A program made the translations under genes and the position numbers. This document shows positions 43,019 to 53,980 of a stretch of 64,000 nt of DNA, in pieces. The DNA is from Candidatus Poribacteria bacterium (lineage in GTDB: Bacteria > Poribacteria > WGA-4E > PCPOR2b): contig OZ240245.1 of the NCBI GenBank assembly GCA_965198175.1, positions 2,112,001 to 2,176,000 of the forward strand, read 5' to 3'. The stretch's first letter is position 1, and each line of letters starts with the position of its first letter. The notes below the pieces were generated by a model. That model was not told the DNA's origin, searched no databases, and saw only the letters and a list, made by a program, of their open reading frames with translations.

Positions 43019-44506
43019 ATGAACATATACGTCAAAGTTGGAGATTTCAGAACTGAAGGGGTTGATGCCATTGTCCTTGGCATCTTTGAAGGCGAAACTT
43101 CCCTCGACGGGGCGTCGCATCTTGCCGATGCGGCGATGAACGGAGCAATTCGTGAGTTGCTCGAATATGGCGACTTCGAAGGCGAATTTAAGCAAACGAG
43201 CGTGCTCTACACAAGGGGTGCGATCACAGCGCCGCGGATTGGGCTAGTCGGTCTGGGCAAATCGGAGGCTTTCAATCTGGAGAAAGCGCGTCAAGCAGCG
43301 GGCAAAATAGCGAAATCGATTCGAGATCTAGGAGCGAAAACATTCGCCATTCCATTGCCTTCTGATACACCAAAGGAGATGGTACAAGCTGTTGTTGAAG
43401 GCTGTCTGCTGGGGTTGTACGAATTCAACACACATAAAACACAGAATCTCCACAAGATTAAGGCGTTGGAAGCAATCACCTTTATCGTAGAGGATGAAGC
43501 TAGCATATCTGTCGTTGAGCAAGCAATGGAGGTTGGTGAGACTATCGCCGGTGGAACCATCCTTGCCCGTGACCTGAGCAATCAGCCGTCAAACTATCTG
43601 ACGCCAACGATGCTCGCAGAAAAAGCGCAAACGATCGCGGATACGACGGGACTGAAGTGCGAGATTTTTGAACTCGCGCAACTCAAGAAAAAAGGGTTCG
43701 GCGCATTAGTCGGGGTGGCTCAAGGAAGCCAGGAGGAACCCAGATTTATTATCCTAGAACATATCCCTGATGGGGAAGTACAAGACACCGTTGTCTTCGT
43801 TGGGAAAGGGATTACCTTTGATAGCGGCGGGTTGTCGCTCAAGCCGAGTCGAGGCATGGAAGAGATGAAACACGATATGTCTGGCGCGGCGGCAGTGCTC
43901 GGCGCTATGCAAGCAATCGGTAGGCTTAGACCAAATCTCCATGTGGTCGGATTGATTGCCGCGACTGAAAATTTGCCCAGCGGCACTGCCCAAAAACCGG
44001 GAGATGTTGTTAAATCTTACGCTGGCAAAACAATCGAAATCCTTAATACGGATGCTGAAGGACGCCTGGTGCTCGCGGATGCGCTAGGCTATGCAGCCGA
44101 ATTTAACCCCAAGGCTGTAATCGATCTTGCCACGCTGACCGGAGCTGTTATCACGGCGTTGGGGCACTTTGCTGCGGGGCTATTGGGAACAGACGACAAT
44201 ATAATCAAGAAGATTAAAGACGCTGCCGATAAAACCCACGAGCGGGTGTGGCAACTGCCTTTGTGGGAGGATTACGACGAGGGGATTAAAAGTGCTGTGG
44301 CTGATGTCCAGAACATCGGTGATGGAACGGCTGGGACAATTGCCGGTGCGGTTTTCCTGAAAAAATTTGCAGAGGGTTATCCATGGGCTCATCTTGATAT
44401 CGCGGGTACAGCATGGGGCGTGGAAGGTTCATCATATATTCCAAAGGGGGCTTCAGGCTACGGGGTGCGCCTGCTTGTGCAACTTGCTCGAGATTGGACA
44501 GCGTGA
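43019..44506 (+). CDS. pepA: Leucyl aminopeptidase (M17)
   Basis: VGKGITFDSGG, MKHDM, NTDAEGRL, DLATLTGA, HLDIAG. Confidence 0.97.
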   Translation: MNIYVKVGDFRTEGVDAIVLGIFEGETSLDGASHLADAAMNGAIRELLEYGDFEGEFKQTSVLYTRGAITAPRIGLVGLGKSEAFNLEKARQAAGKIAKSIRDLGAKTFAIPLPSDTPKEMVQAVVEGCLLGLYEFNTHKTQNLHKIKALEAITFIVEDEASISVVEQAMEVGETIAGGTILARDLSNQPSNYLTPTMLAEKAQTIADTTGLKCEIFELAQLKKKGFGALVGVAQGSQEEPRFIILEHIPDGEVQDTVVFVGKGITFDSGGLSLKPSRGMEEMKHDMSGAAAVLGAMQAIGRLRPNLHVVGLIAATENLPSGTAQKPGDVVKSYAGKTIEILNTDAEGRLVLADALGYAAEFNPKAVIDLATLTGAVITALGHFAAGLLGTDDNIIKKIKDAADKTHERVWQLPLWEDYDEGIKSAVADVQNIGDGTAGTIAGAVFLKKFAEGYPWAHLDIAGTAWGVEGSSYIPKGASGYGVRLLVQLARDWTA

Positions 44507-44776
44507 TTGGTGGTCTCAGTCGGTTACCAGCGCGTGTCAAAACCAACAGTCAAATTTGGTAAGGAGCAGATTCTACTACGCCTCCATGTTGAAAGCAGAA
44601 ATCGGCTTCGAAAATCATTCCAATCTCTACGGTGCATAGTTGATTATGCAAAGTCGTTGAAGTAGCAACTGCCTCATCTTATTCCCCGGATTGGCGCCGC
44701 CCTGGAAGAAGTTGTACCCGAAAGGAAAAGAATCAATCCAATTTACAAGAGCTCGGTGTCAAGAGGATTTTTTTGG

Positions 44777-44806
44777 TTGACATGCGGCAATGGGGTTGGG
44801 TATACT
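44777..44806 (+). promoter_or_regulatory. sigma70-type promoter
   Basis: TTGACA-N18-TATACT. Confidence 0.65.
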
Positions 44807-44819
44807 AATAATATGTGAG

Positions 44820-44856
44820 GGGAGGGACATCGCGGGATGTCTCTCCCTTTTTTTTT
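44820..44856 (+). terminator. Strong intrinsic terminator directly after the promoter
   Basis: GGGAGGGACATC-gcgg-GATGTCTCTCCC (12 bp, one G-U) followed by T9. Confidence 0.85.
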
Positions 44857-44899
44857 CTGATTGAGGAGGATGATTGAGGAGGATGAGGAGGATAAAGAA

Positions 44900-45334
44900 A
44901 TGGAAAATGGTCAATTGCCGGGCGAGACGACACTGGCGTTCACTTATTTTGAGATGTACCGAGATGCCGGGGATGGGCGTTCATTGGAATCGCTAGGTAA
45001 CCAAAAGGTAACCGGAAAAAAAAGATCTGTTTCGATGATCAAGAAGTGGTCGACGCAATATCATTGGGGCGAGCGCGTTGCGGCTTTTGATGCAGAGGCA
45101 GCACAGCGGGCTGCAGAAGCATTGGTAGCGCGTCGGGCGTCTGAAATCGAGGCGTTTATTGAAGCGGATATGCAAATCGCGACGCGAGTTCAGTCGTTGT
45201 GTCTGAATCAACTTCAAGCTTTAGAAGCCGAAAAGGATATTAGTGCTTTACGCCAACTGGTACTGACCTACAAAGAAGCGCGGTTATGGATGATGGAGCT
45301 CACGGGTGCTCTGGAGGAGGACATACAGACATGA
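44900..45334 (+). CDS. Phage terminase-small-subunit-like HTH protein
   Basis: ET..AF..F..YRD.G..RSL...KKWS..YHW.ER..AFD pattern, recalled from phage TerS-position proteins; GAGGAG RBS. Confidence 0.55.
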   Translation: MENGQLPGETTLAFTYFEMYRDAGDGRSLESLGNQKVTGKKRSVSMIKKWSTQYHWGERVAAFDAEAAQRAAEALVARRASEIEAFIEADMQIATRVQSLCLNQLQALEAEKDISALRQLVLTYKEARLWMMELTGALEEDIQT

Positions 45335-46371
45335 AAAAGCGTAAGAAATTTCATGAGTTGCGCTATCCCAATCGAGGGGTATCGAAGGGTCGAAATTCTC
45401 CGGAGCAAACGCTAGCGATGCCAGCGTCTGCAACACAGAAAAGAAAAACAACAGAAGCTATTTTACCTGCTCCTGCGGCATCAGAATCCACATCTGGCAA
45501 AATCTGTTTTCCAGAGGTGACACCGGAGCAGATCGAAAGGAGCGACAGGGGACTGAGAAGGATTAGTCGGCTGCATGGCGTCAATGTTCCGGAGCCCGAG
45601 GATGAGAAGAAAGTTGAAAATCCCAGAGCGTGTTATGACGGAAGCATGATTATAGGGGACAGTGTAGAAGACAGTTTAATCATCCTAACAGATATTGAGA
45701 CGGGCTTCTTCAGGGAGTGTGTTCAGGCGAATGATGGCGGAGGTTGGTATGGCGGTTCTAATTGTCGGCACCTGGAAAGATATGGTCTGAGTCCGTACGA
45801 ACCCTTCAAAGAACAGCACATTCCGGTGTTTGAGGAGAGGGAACGGGACAACCTCCTTGTGGGATTGATATATCGGAAAGCGTATCACCGATCGACAGCG
45901 AACATCCCGGCTTTCGGCAAATCTGTCAAGATTTTGGTTCAGGAGTGTTGGTTTAAGTGTTATCTCCCGTGGCGTTGCCTTGAGAGAGACATTCCGCGTT
46001 CGGTAGACGTTGCCAATAACATACTGCAAGAATTGGAGCCGGAGATTACAAAGCAGGCTCAGATAGTGCAAACGAAAATTAAAACAGAGCTAAGACTCAG
46101 GAAGGCGTCCGGAGAGTATGACGGCGATGCTGTTTTCGGACCTGCGGGTGTTTCAGGCTGGGCTGCCCTACCGGTGCCGATGACTCGCGATGAGTTAAAT
46201 GGGTTAGAAGCGTTTTATGAAGAAGATCGGACAGCGGATCGCCGTGTCAATGAGAAATCTGATGCCCATGATAAGGGAACGCTTGGACCGAAATGGTCGT
46301 ATGGTCTAAATGACGTGTGGGATAGGGAGACTAGCTTAGAAGACTTGCAGAAACGCCTAGCGGCAAGATAG
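45331..46371 (+). CDS. Hypothetical protein (346 aa)
   Basis: GGAGG RBS; ATGA overlap with upstream stop; long open frame; no motif recognised. Confidence 0.75.
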   Translation: MKKRKKFHELRYPNRGVSKGRNSPEQTLAMPASATQKRKTTEAILPAPAASESTSGKICFPEVTPEQIERSDRGLRRISRLHGVNVPEPEDEKKVENPRACYDGSMIIGDSVEDSLIILTDIETGFFRECVQANDGGGWYGGSNCRHLERYGLSPYEPFKEQHIPVFEERERDNLLVGLIYRKAYHRSTANIPAFGKSVKILVQECWFKCYLPWRCLERDIPRSVDVANNILQELEPEITKQAQIVQTKIKTELRLRKASGEYDGDAVFGPAGVSGWAALPVPMTRDELNGLEAFYEEDRTADRRVNEKSDAHDKGTLGPKWSYGLNDVWDRETSLEDLQKRLAAR

Positions 46372-46382
46372 CGGTAGTTTCT

Positions 46383-46608
46383 GTAGGTTGGGTAGAGCGG
46401 TGTTGGTGAAACACGTGAATTATGACGAATGAGTTTCGTTCGGTTGAATGCGTTCTTGACTTGTTGGATAAAGCGAAACCCAACTATCAAGCGATTGAAC
46501 AGGGAACGCGATAGTTTTGGTGTCGGTGAAGACTATCGCCTAACATCTCTATCGCGTTCCCTATTTGGTCACTTGCTCTATTCGCTCAGTTGATCTCAAC
46601 CCAACCTA
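46383..46608. repeat. REP-doublet / REPIN-like palindromic element
   Basis: Starts GTAGGTTGGGTAGAG and ends CTCAACCCAACCTA (inverted). Internal GCGAAACCCAAC (46473-46484) and a perfect 14-bp IR (46501-46514 / 46549-46562). Confidence 0.7.
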
Positions 46609-46636
46609 GAAAAACTCAAGCCGATAGTGCCCCCGT

Positions 46637-49521
46637 TTACAGCACAACCTTCGACTTCTTCCCACCCTGGATGCTCGGCTCTGCACACAACCGCTCGCGG
46701 AGGCGATGCAAACCTTCATGAACCTCCGGATGTGACGCCTCGGAAATCCCAAGCACCTCAGATAACAATCGCCGATCCAACTCCTGACGCACCGCATCTT
46801 CGTACATCTGATTGAACGGGAGCATTTTTTCATACTTCATCTCTTGAAAAATCTGCTTGGCGTTTTGCAAGGCGGTCTGATCCAATTGGCGTACATCCAA
46901 CGTTGGCATAGAACGTAACAGTGTCAAACGAATTGCCCCTCGCCCCGCGTGTACTCTGTTACAGCGCATCTAGTAGCACAATAATCCCAGTGTTGAGTTG
47001 CCCCACAAGGCAAAAGCGTAGTCGTACGAGGGGCTCTCAAACAGGACATTGGGCAGTAAACGGATACCGATAGCGAGTTTGAATTAAAACGCAATTCTAC
47101 ATTGTGGTGGATGCGGCTATTCCTTTGCAATATCTCTTGGGCTTTGTCCCAATAATTGGAACGAATGAGTCCGTGACAATCCGGTTGCACAACTATGGCG
47201 CGTTGATTATCTGAATCGAGATGCCACAGCGCCGGATACAAATCTGTATCGGAGCACCCAATTTCTATATCAAAGGCACCCCATGATGGGTCTTTAATAG
47301 TTCGGTGGTCAAAACCGATTGTCGCAATTTCACTGACAGAACTCATGGGAATTTTGAGAGGGGCACGCTGCCCCGGTAACCAGACACACCCATTTGCTAA
47401 ATGATAAGCGGATTGAATCAACGCGAGTTCTCTAATGCGTGAGGTGCTCCATATTTGTTCTAATGGACAATTTAAGGCAGATCCAATTATCTCAGCCCCC
47501 ACCTTGATAGGATTCCCACCGATCGGTGGATCTTCAAACTTTCTGACATCCCGGAGACACCCAATCCGCTTAGCTATTTCAATTGCCTCTAAATGGCTAT
47601 TAGGCCTGCGGTACAGACAGACAAAGATGCCGCGTCCAGTGTTTTCCGTCCTACCTTTGAGGGCAACGACGAGACACTCCGCCATGTTCGTGTCCGCGGA
47701 GAAGGCGCAGTTTTCCGTTTTGGCGTCGGCGATGGTGACAACGGTTACGCCGTGATACATAGTAGCCCATAGGTCTCGTACCTTCTGCCAGTTGGGAGAA
47801 GTTAATACAGTCAGGGGAAGTACAAACCCCATCGTGGGCGGATACAAGGAGGCATCTCTGCTACTGTTTTTTAGCATCCGATCCGCGAGGTCAACGAAGT
47901 AGGAACCGAGCCCAGCGTTACCATTTGCTAAGGAGGTTTCTATGTCTCGCAACGCTGCCTTCATTTCCTGGGCAATATCTGCATCCCTATCTCCGAATAC
48001 AGTCTTTGGAACATTAGGGCTATCTGAACTATTGTCCGCTCCCACCCGTGTAAAGGGTGGATTATCGACAATAACGTCAAACTCGCCGTGCCGAAACTCC
48101 GGTCTATTGGTATCGTCTTCGAGATCATCGCCCTGAACTCTCTCCGTATTGAATAGCCCTAATGGAAACGTTGCCTCCGGATTCTCAAGTAAATCCAAAG
48201 CCCCAATCGCATATTTGCCATCGGGTCGTTGCGTGCCGTATGCCATAGTGTGAATGCGGGTCTTGCCGATTTTGACATCGGGGTAGGTACTCGCAATGAT
48301 TGAGGCAGTGAGGTGGCTAGCATTGGGCATAATATCAGCCCCGACAAGATTATTCTCTACCATTTGTTGGTGAATGTCTCTCCCGCTCCCACCGCTTTGT
48401 TCATACAGCGCCAAAATCCGCTGGTAAAGTCCGTTTAACAGTGCCCCAGTGCCACAAGCAAAATCGGCAACCTTTGGGAAAGTAAATAGCCCGTCCCCTA
48501 GGGTAGGCTGTTCGTTGGGTAAGACGAGGGCGGAAAGCAATGCAACGGACTCGGGGCGCGTATAATTCGCCTTGATGAACCTCCGGTCAACAATCAGCCG
48601 TTGAAAGACGATGCCCGCCAACTCATGCACCTGTTCCAGCCCTCGTGCAATCAGTCCTTCGGCGGTGTCGCGCAATATCTGCAACACCTGCCCCACTAGC
48701 CCATCATCTGTTGCCAGCACCTCTTCCGTCAAACGATACGCAACATCAAAAATTGGACGGTAGTTGACCTGTCGAACCAATTCCCAAGCGTTCAAGACTT
48801 CATTGACGTTAAGTTGTGTACCTATTCTTTGGAGTTGGACGAGGGACGGTACTGTTTCCATTTCCGGTGTGCCGGCAAGCGCGCTCTGAAAAACGAAAGC
48901 ATTTGTGATGATTAGCATCGCCATCCGATAGGTCTGTTCACCCGCTTCTTGATAGAGGATTTCCTCGATTGTTTCTGTGATGTGGGGGCGCGTCTCTGCG
49001 GCAGCAGCAAGGAGAATTGCAGCTTCATTTACGCCGCTCTCTAGATGTTCGGCGGCTTGGGCAACCTTGGAAACGGGGATGGCACCGATTCGTAGCGCAG
49101 TGGCAACGTCACTGATGTTGCCGACAAACCAACCGCTACTGGGAAAACGGTGGGGTGCATCTACACTGAAAAGTGCATAATGGAGGTCATTAACATCTCG
49201 TAGTGCGTCCGAGATTTCGGCACTACTGAATTGTCGAAACCGATAGGGGACTCGTAATGCCATGGCGGTTCTAACCGTCTCAAACGATGCCAGGCGTTTT
49301 CCGAGTCGTTTTCTTGCTTGTTCTTCGCCCTCCAAGTTCGGTGAGTGAAGACGATCAATTTTTACCTCTATGACCACTGGCTCTCTGCCGGTTTCTGTTA
49401 CGGTTATATCGGGACGTTGGGCTTCGCGTAGTAGTGTTTCCTGAGGTTCGACGCTCCAAGTGTTTCTTCGCTCTCGTAATATATCCGCTATATAGATCGA
49501 GATTGTATCCTCATTTCGCAT
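46637..49521 (-). pseudogene. Type IIG-like fused restriction endonuclease / N6-adenine methyltransferase, C-terminus disrupted
   Basis: N-terminal PD...IEVK; DFACGTG (motif I); NPPF (motif IV). Frameshift near 47065 and in-frame TAG at 46972-46970 (LGLLCY*MRC). Confidence 0.82.
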
Positions 49522-49905
49522 CCGTATCTCCGTCTTTCTTCCTAGCCGGCACAGATGAACAAACTGCGTTGATTGCAATTCCGGTTTTTTGACTGTTTCC
49601 TGCTTCTAATCTGAGCTAATTCTGCGGTGCTTCTGACATGTCGTGTGCTCGTGTTTATTTTGATTTGTGGATAGCAACGCTCCGGTGTGGTTAGCTAGGG
49701 GTTAGTAGCTTACTGTGAAACTTTTTCATCATGGCATGAATCGTCCGCAGTGTCAAGCATTTTATGCTGCGTTTTAAAGTAATTGGTAGGGTGGAAACGC
49801 GAGGGAGAAACTGTGGTTATGATATGATTGACCATCTGTAAAACAGCGTTGGTTGCCATCTTTTCGGATAAATTCGGCGAAAATAATTCTGGGGCAATTT
49901 TTTTC

Positions 49906-49934
49906 TTGACTAGGTAACGTATACATAGTAATAT
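49906..49934 (+). promoter_or_regulatory. sigma70-type promoter of the imuB-dnaE2 cassette
   Basis: TTGACT-N17-TAATAT. Confidence 0.6.
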
Positions 49935-49974
49935 TTAGTTAAGTATTTTAGATGGGTTAGGAATTCATACAATT

Positions 49975-50787
49975 GTGATTGCTTGCTGATAGACAACCTT
50001 AACAATCACATTAAAGAAATACTGGCTTACGAAGTGGCTGTCTGAGGTGTGAAATTGGAAAGGACTGCATCTATATAAATTTAGGGGTGACTGAGATGAC
50101 GGATGAAGCCAGTGAAGCCGTCATATTCATTAGGCATCTACATTCTGAGTTGAGAGGGATTTACCCTGGAATCCAAACCGGCATTGCATCGTCCCGTTTC
50201 GCCAGTTATGCCGCAGCGCAAAACGCAGCCCCTGATGAGCCGTGTGTTGTGTCATCAGAGGAAACGCCGGCGTTCTTGGCGGATCAGAGCGTTTCGGTTC
50301 GGCAATTGATGCGGAACTTCTCCGGCGTCTGGGCAGATTGGGGCTCAGCGCCTTGGGGCAGTTGGCGAACATCAACAAGGTAGATCTTATCAGACAGTTT
50401 GGAAAACAAGGCGTTATGATGTCGGAGTCAAAGTCAGGAAAGGGAGTTGACCCATCCCCGCCCGCTTTTGATCGCCCGTCAAAAACGGTTAGCACGAATT
50501 CTTGGCAGCGAAGGATTTGGGGCGACGAGACGAGAATCAGCGGCAGCGCGCCTCCGATCCCTGTTGCGATTGTGTCAAATAAAAATGGACACCAGATTGA
50601 TTTTCCGCAAAAACTTTTATTTGACAACAAATGGCAACATGTTGACCGAATTATTGAATATTGGAAACGAGAAGATAGATGGTGGACGGAACAACCGGAA
50701 AATTCCATGTACTTTAAAATAGTTGTGGCTGGTCAGGAATTAACAGTGTGCCGTGATCTTACTAGTCTTGAATGGAGTTGGTACTAA
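49975..50787 (+). pseudogene. imuB: ImuB / Y-family polymerase-like remnant with C-terminal DUF6504-like domain
   Basis: GIASSRFASYAAA...PAFL, then frameshift near 50300 to LRRLGRLGLSALGQLA...RQFG; ends YWKREDRWW...YFKI. Much shorter than a full ImuB; directly upstream of dnaE2. Confidence 0.7.
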
Positions 50788-50789
50788 GC

Positions 50790-53255
50790 ATGAATTACAC
50801 CGAACTTCACTGTCATAGCTTTTACAGTTTTTCGGACGGCACTTCTAGCCCGGACGTACTTGCGGATCGAGCGCAGAAACTCGGACTTAGAAGTTTGGCG
50901 TTAACGGATACAGCGGGTTTGTACGGCGTCATTCCGTTTATCAAGCGATGCGAAGAGATTGGGCTTCACGGCATCGTCGGTTCGGTAATTTCCGTAGCCT
51001 TAGACGAAAAAGTTGATAAAGTCGTTTTGTTGTCTCAGGACATAACGGGTTATCATCAACTTTCCCGGCTGATTACCCGCGCTCATGCCAACGCAACATC
51101 CGACCCGCAAGTAACGGTGGAGCAACTCAACGAATGCTCATTTAATCTCATTTGCCTGATTGGAAAACAGAGCCACGCCGCCACGCTTTTGCGGAACAAC
51201 CAGATTAAATCGGCGCGGGCGCGTTTAGATGAGTACCGTCAAATCTTTTCCGATAATCGTCTTTATATCGAACTCAACAATCATCTCGAACTCGCCGATA
51301 TCGGTCTTTGTAAGACACTGTATCAGCTCGCGCGTGAGTTTTCCCTGAAATGTGTCGCTAGCAATGCGGTGCTTTATGCGACTCCGGACAAGGCGCGATT
51401 GCACGATGTGATGCGGGGCATTGCACATAAGACCACGCTCGAACAATCTGATTCAATTCGTGCGCTCAACCACGAACGCTATCTCAAGTCGCCGCAAGAA
51501 ATGCAGGCGTAATTCGCCGAAATCCCATCGGCGATAGCAAATACGCAAGTAATCAGTGAGCAATGCAATCTTGCACTTGATTTTTCTGAATATCGGTTTC
51601 CCAGCTATGCTGTGCCTGCGGGCTACACGGAAAGTACATATTTGACCATGCTATGTGAGACATCGCTCTCTAAAAAGTATGCCTCAATAACGGATCAGAT
51701 TAGAGCTAGACTGCGCGAGGAACTTACGCTTATCAGGCGCCTAGGTCTTGCCGGATACTTCTTAATGGTGTGGGATATCGTGCAATTCGCCCAATCTAAA
51801 GGAATCCCAACGCAGGGACGCGGTTCGGCGGCGAATTCGCTCGTGACTTATCTTCTCGCTATCACCACGGTAGATCCGATCGCGCATAATTTGGTATTCG
51901 CCCGATTTCTCAACGAAGAACGATCTACGATTCCGGACATCGATCTCGATTTCGCCTCTGCGCGCGATGCTCAGTTGCCCGATCGAGATGATGTCCTCAA
52001 CTACGTTCAGCGTAAATACGGCGTTAATCATGTAGGATTAACTTGCACGTTCATCACTTTCGGCGTCAAGATGGCTATCCGTGAGATTGGGAAGGTCGTT
52101 GGCTACCCGAAATCCCTGTTGGAAAAGATGTCACGCTTCACGGAAGGGCGAAAAGATCCAGAGCCTGCCTTTAGCAAGATTGAGACATTCAGGCAATTTG
52201 ATTGCTATACCAAACAAGCAAAGTGGCGGTATTTCCGCGATCAGGTTCAGGCGGTGATCGGCACGCCTCGCCACGTTTCGACACATCCGGGCGGGATGAT
52301 AATCACTTCGTGTGAACTTACGAAGTTGGTGCCACTACAGTATTCAACGATACAAGGACAACGAATCTGTCAATGGGACAAGGATATGGTGGAAACCGCA
52401 GGTCTTGTAAAAGTGGACCTATTAGGCTTGGGTATTCTCGCCGTAATTAGAGAATGCCTTATTTTGATTGGGGAGGCTTACGGACTCAAAATCGACATAG
52501 CGGACATAAAAACTGATGATCCTGCCGTATACGATATGATCACTCGCGCGGACACGATTGGGTTGTTCCAGATAGAATCACGCGTCCAAATTCAGACGTT
52601 GCCGCGCGTCAAACCGCGCAATTTGTTAGACCTAGCGATTGAAGTGGCGATAATTCGCCCGGGCCCAGTCCAAGGCAACATGGTCAATCCGTACATTCGT
52701 CGGCGACAGGGACGTGAGAGAATTCAGTATCAGCACCGTCTCCTTGAGCCAATTCTTGAAGAGACCCTAGCGGTGGTGCTCTTTCAAGAACAAATCATAC
52801 AAACGTTGCCAAGAATTGACTCATAGTCTCAGTTGGCGTGGGAATATCGCGTGCAGGGGTTTTCAACGCACACCCATCCGATGCAGTACATCCGGAATAA
52901 GCTCAGCAAGAGTGTCCGTCGTGGCGACACGCTGAAAAATCTGCGAAATGGCGTAAGAACCTGCGTAGCCGGACTGGTCGTGTGTATACAAAAACCTGCC
53001 ACTGCAAAGGGAGTTGCCTTCATGCTAATTGAAGACGAGGAAAGCCTCCTCAATGTGATTATTTTCCGCGATGTCTATAATCGGTGTCGATCAATCTTTA
53101 AGCTTTCTCCGTTTGTGTGTGTTTACGGAATTTTGAAGCGTGAGGGTGAGCTAATTAACATCCAAGCACAATCTTTTACAGAAATGTCTTTCAGCAAAGG
53201 TTCATCGGCGGATTCACGTAGAAATAGATATGCTCACGGAAAAAACTGGACATGA
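50790..53255 (+). pseudogene. dnaE2: Error-prone DNA polymerase III alpha (DnaE2) with two in-frame stops and a large internal deletion
   Basis: ELHCHSFYSF, ALTD, GRGSAANS, PDIDLD, QWDKD, KVDLLGLG, FQIESR, FQEQ, OB-fold PATAKGVAFMLIEDE. TAA at 51510-51512, TAG at 52824-52826; all three pieces share a frame. Confidence 0.9.
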
Positions 53256-53308
53256 AAGGGAACGCAATTTATAATTAACTATCATCTAAGAAAAGAGAGG
53301 AGATAATG

Positions 53309-53980
53309 ATGTGTGGACGATTCACACTCTCCGCTACCCTTACCACCTTAACGAAAACCTTTCCCGAGTTCGAACTCCCCGACCAAATTATCCCCCGATA
53401 CAACATTACACCCACACAAGAGGTCGCTGTCGTTGCGAATGATAAAAACACAAAAATACAGTTCTTTCGTTGGGGACTGATTCCGTCGTGGGCAAAAGAC
53501 CCGACAATCGGCAATAGAATGATTAACTCGCGGTCCGAGACACTGGCGGAAAAACCCTCATTCCGAACCGCGTACAGACGTTGGCGATGTCTCGTCTTGG
53601 CAGACGGTTATTACGAGTGGCGAAAGGAGCCGGGCGGCGGCGCAAAAACGCCGTTTTACATCCGCATGGCGTCGGAGAAACCCTTCGCCTTCGCGGGGCT
53701 ATGGGAGCAGTGGCAACCATCGAGAGACGCAGATACGGTTTTATCCTGCACAATCCTCACGTGTCCACCCAACGAGATTTTGGAGCGAGTTCATAATCGT
53801 ATGCCGGTGATTCTCGATTATGATGCGTATGACCTCTGGCTAGAGCCAACCAACCAAAAGCCAGCCGAGCTAAATCACCTTCTGAAGCCATATCCTGCCG
53901 ATGAGATGACAGCCCACGCGGTTTCGCGTCTAGTGAATCAACCGAAGAACGATAGGGCGGAGTGCATTTTGCCGGTTTGA
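53309..53980 (+). CDS. SOS response-associated peptidase (SRAP/YedK/HMCES family)
   Basis: MCGRF N-terminus, RYNITPTQ, WGLIP, GYYEW, HNRMPVIL; intact. Confidence 0.96.
   Translation: MCGRFTLSATLTTLTKTFPEFELPDQIIPRYNITPTQEVAVVANDKNTKIQFFRWGLIPSWAKDPTIGNRMINSRSETLAEKPSFRTAYRRWRCLVLADGYYEWRKEPGGGAKTPFYIRMASEKPFAFAGLWEQWQPSRDADTVLSCTILTCPPNEILERVHNRMPVILDYDAYDLWLEPTNQKPAELNHLLKPYPADEMTAHAVSRLVNQPKNDRAECILPV

Noticed and set aside
49900..49960. LexA box upstream of imuB
   Set aside because: No match to LexA motifs I know, and no shared motif evident upstream of the other repair genes.
6922..52826. Stop-codon reassignment suggested by four in-frame stops (TAA 6922, TAG 46970, TAA 51510, TAG 52824)
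   Set aside because: TAA, TAG and TGA all end intact housekeeping genes here, and three of the four stops lie in genes that also carry a frameshift or deletion. Pseudogenisation is the simpler explanation.
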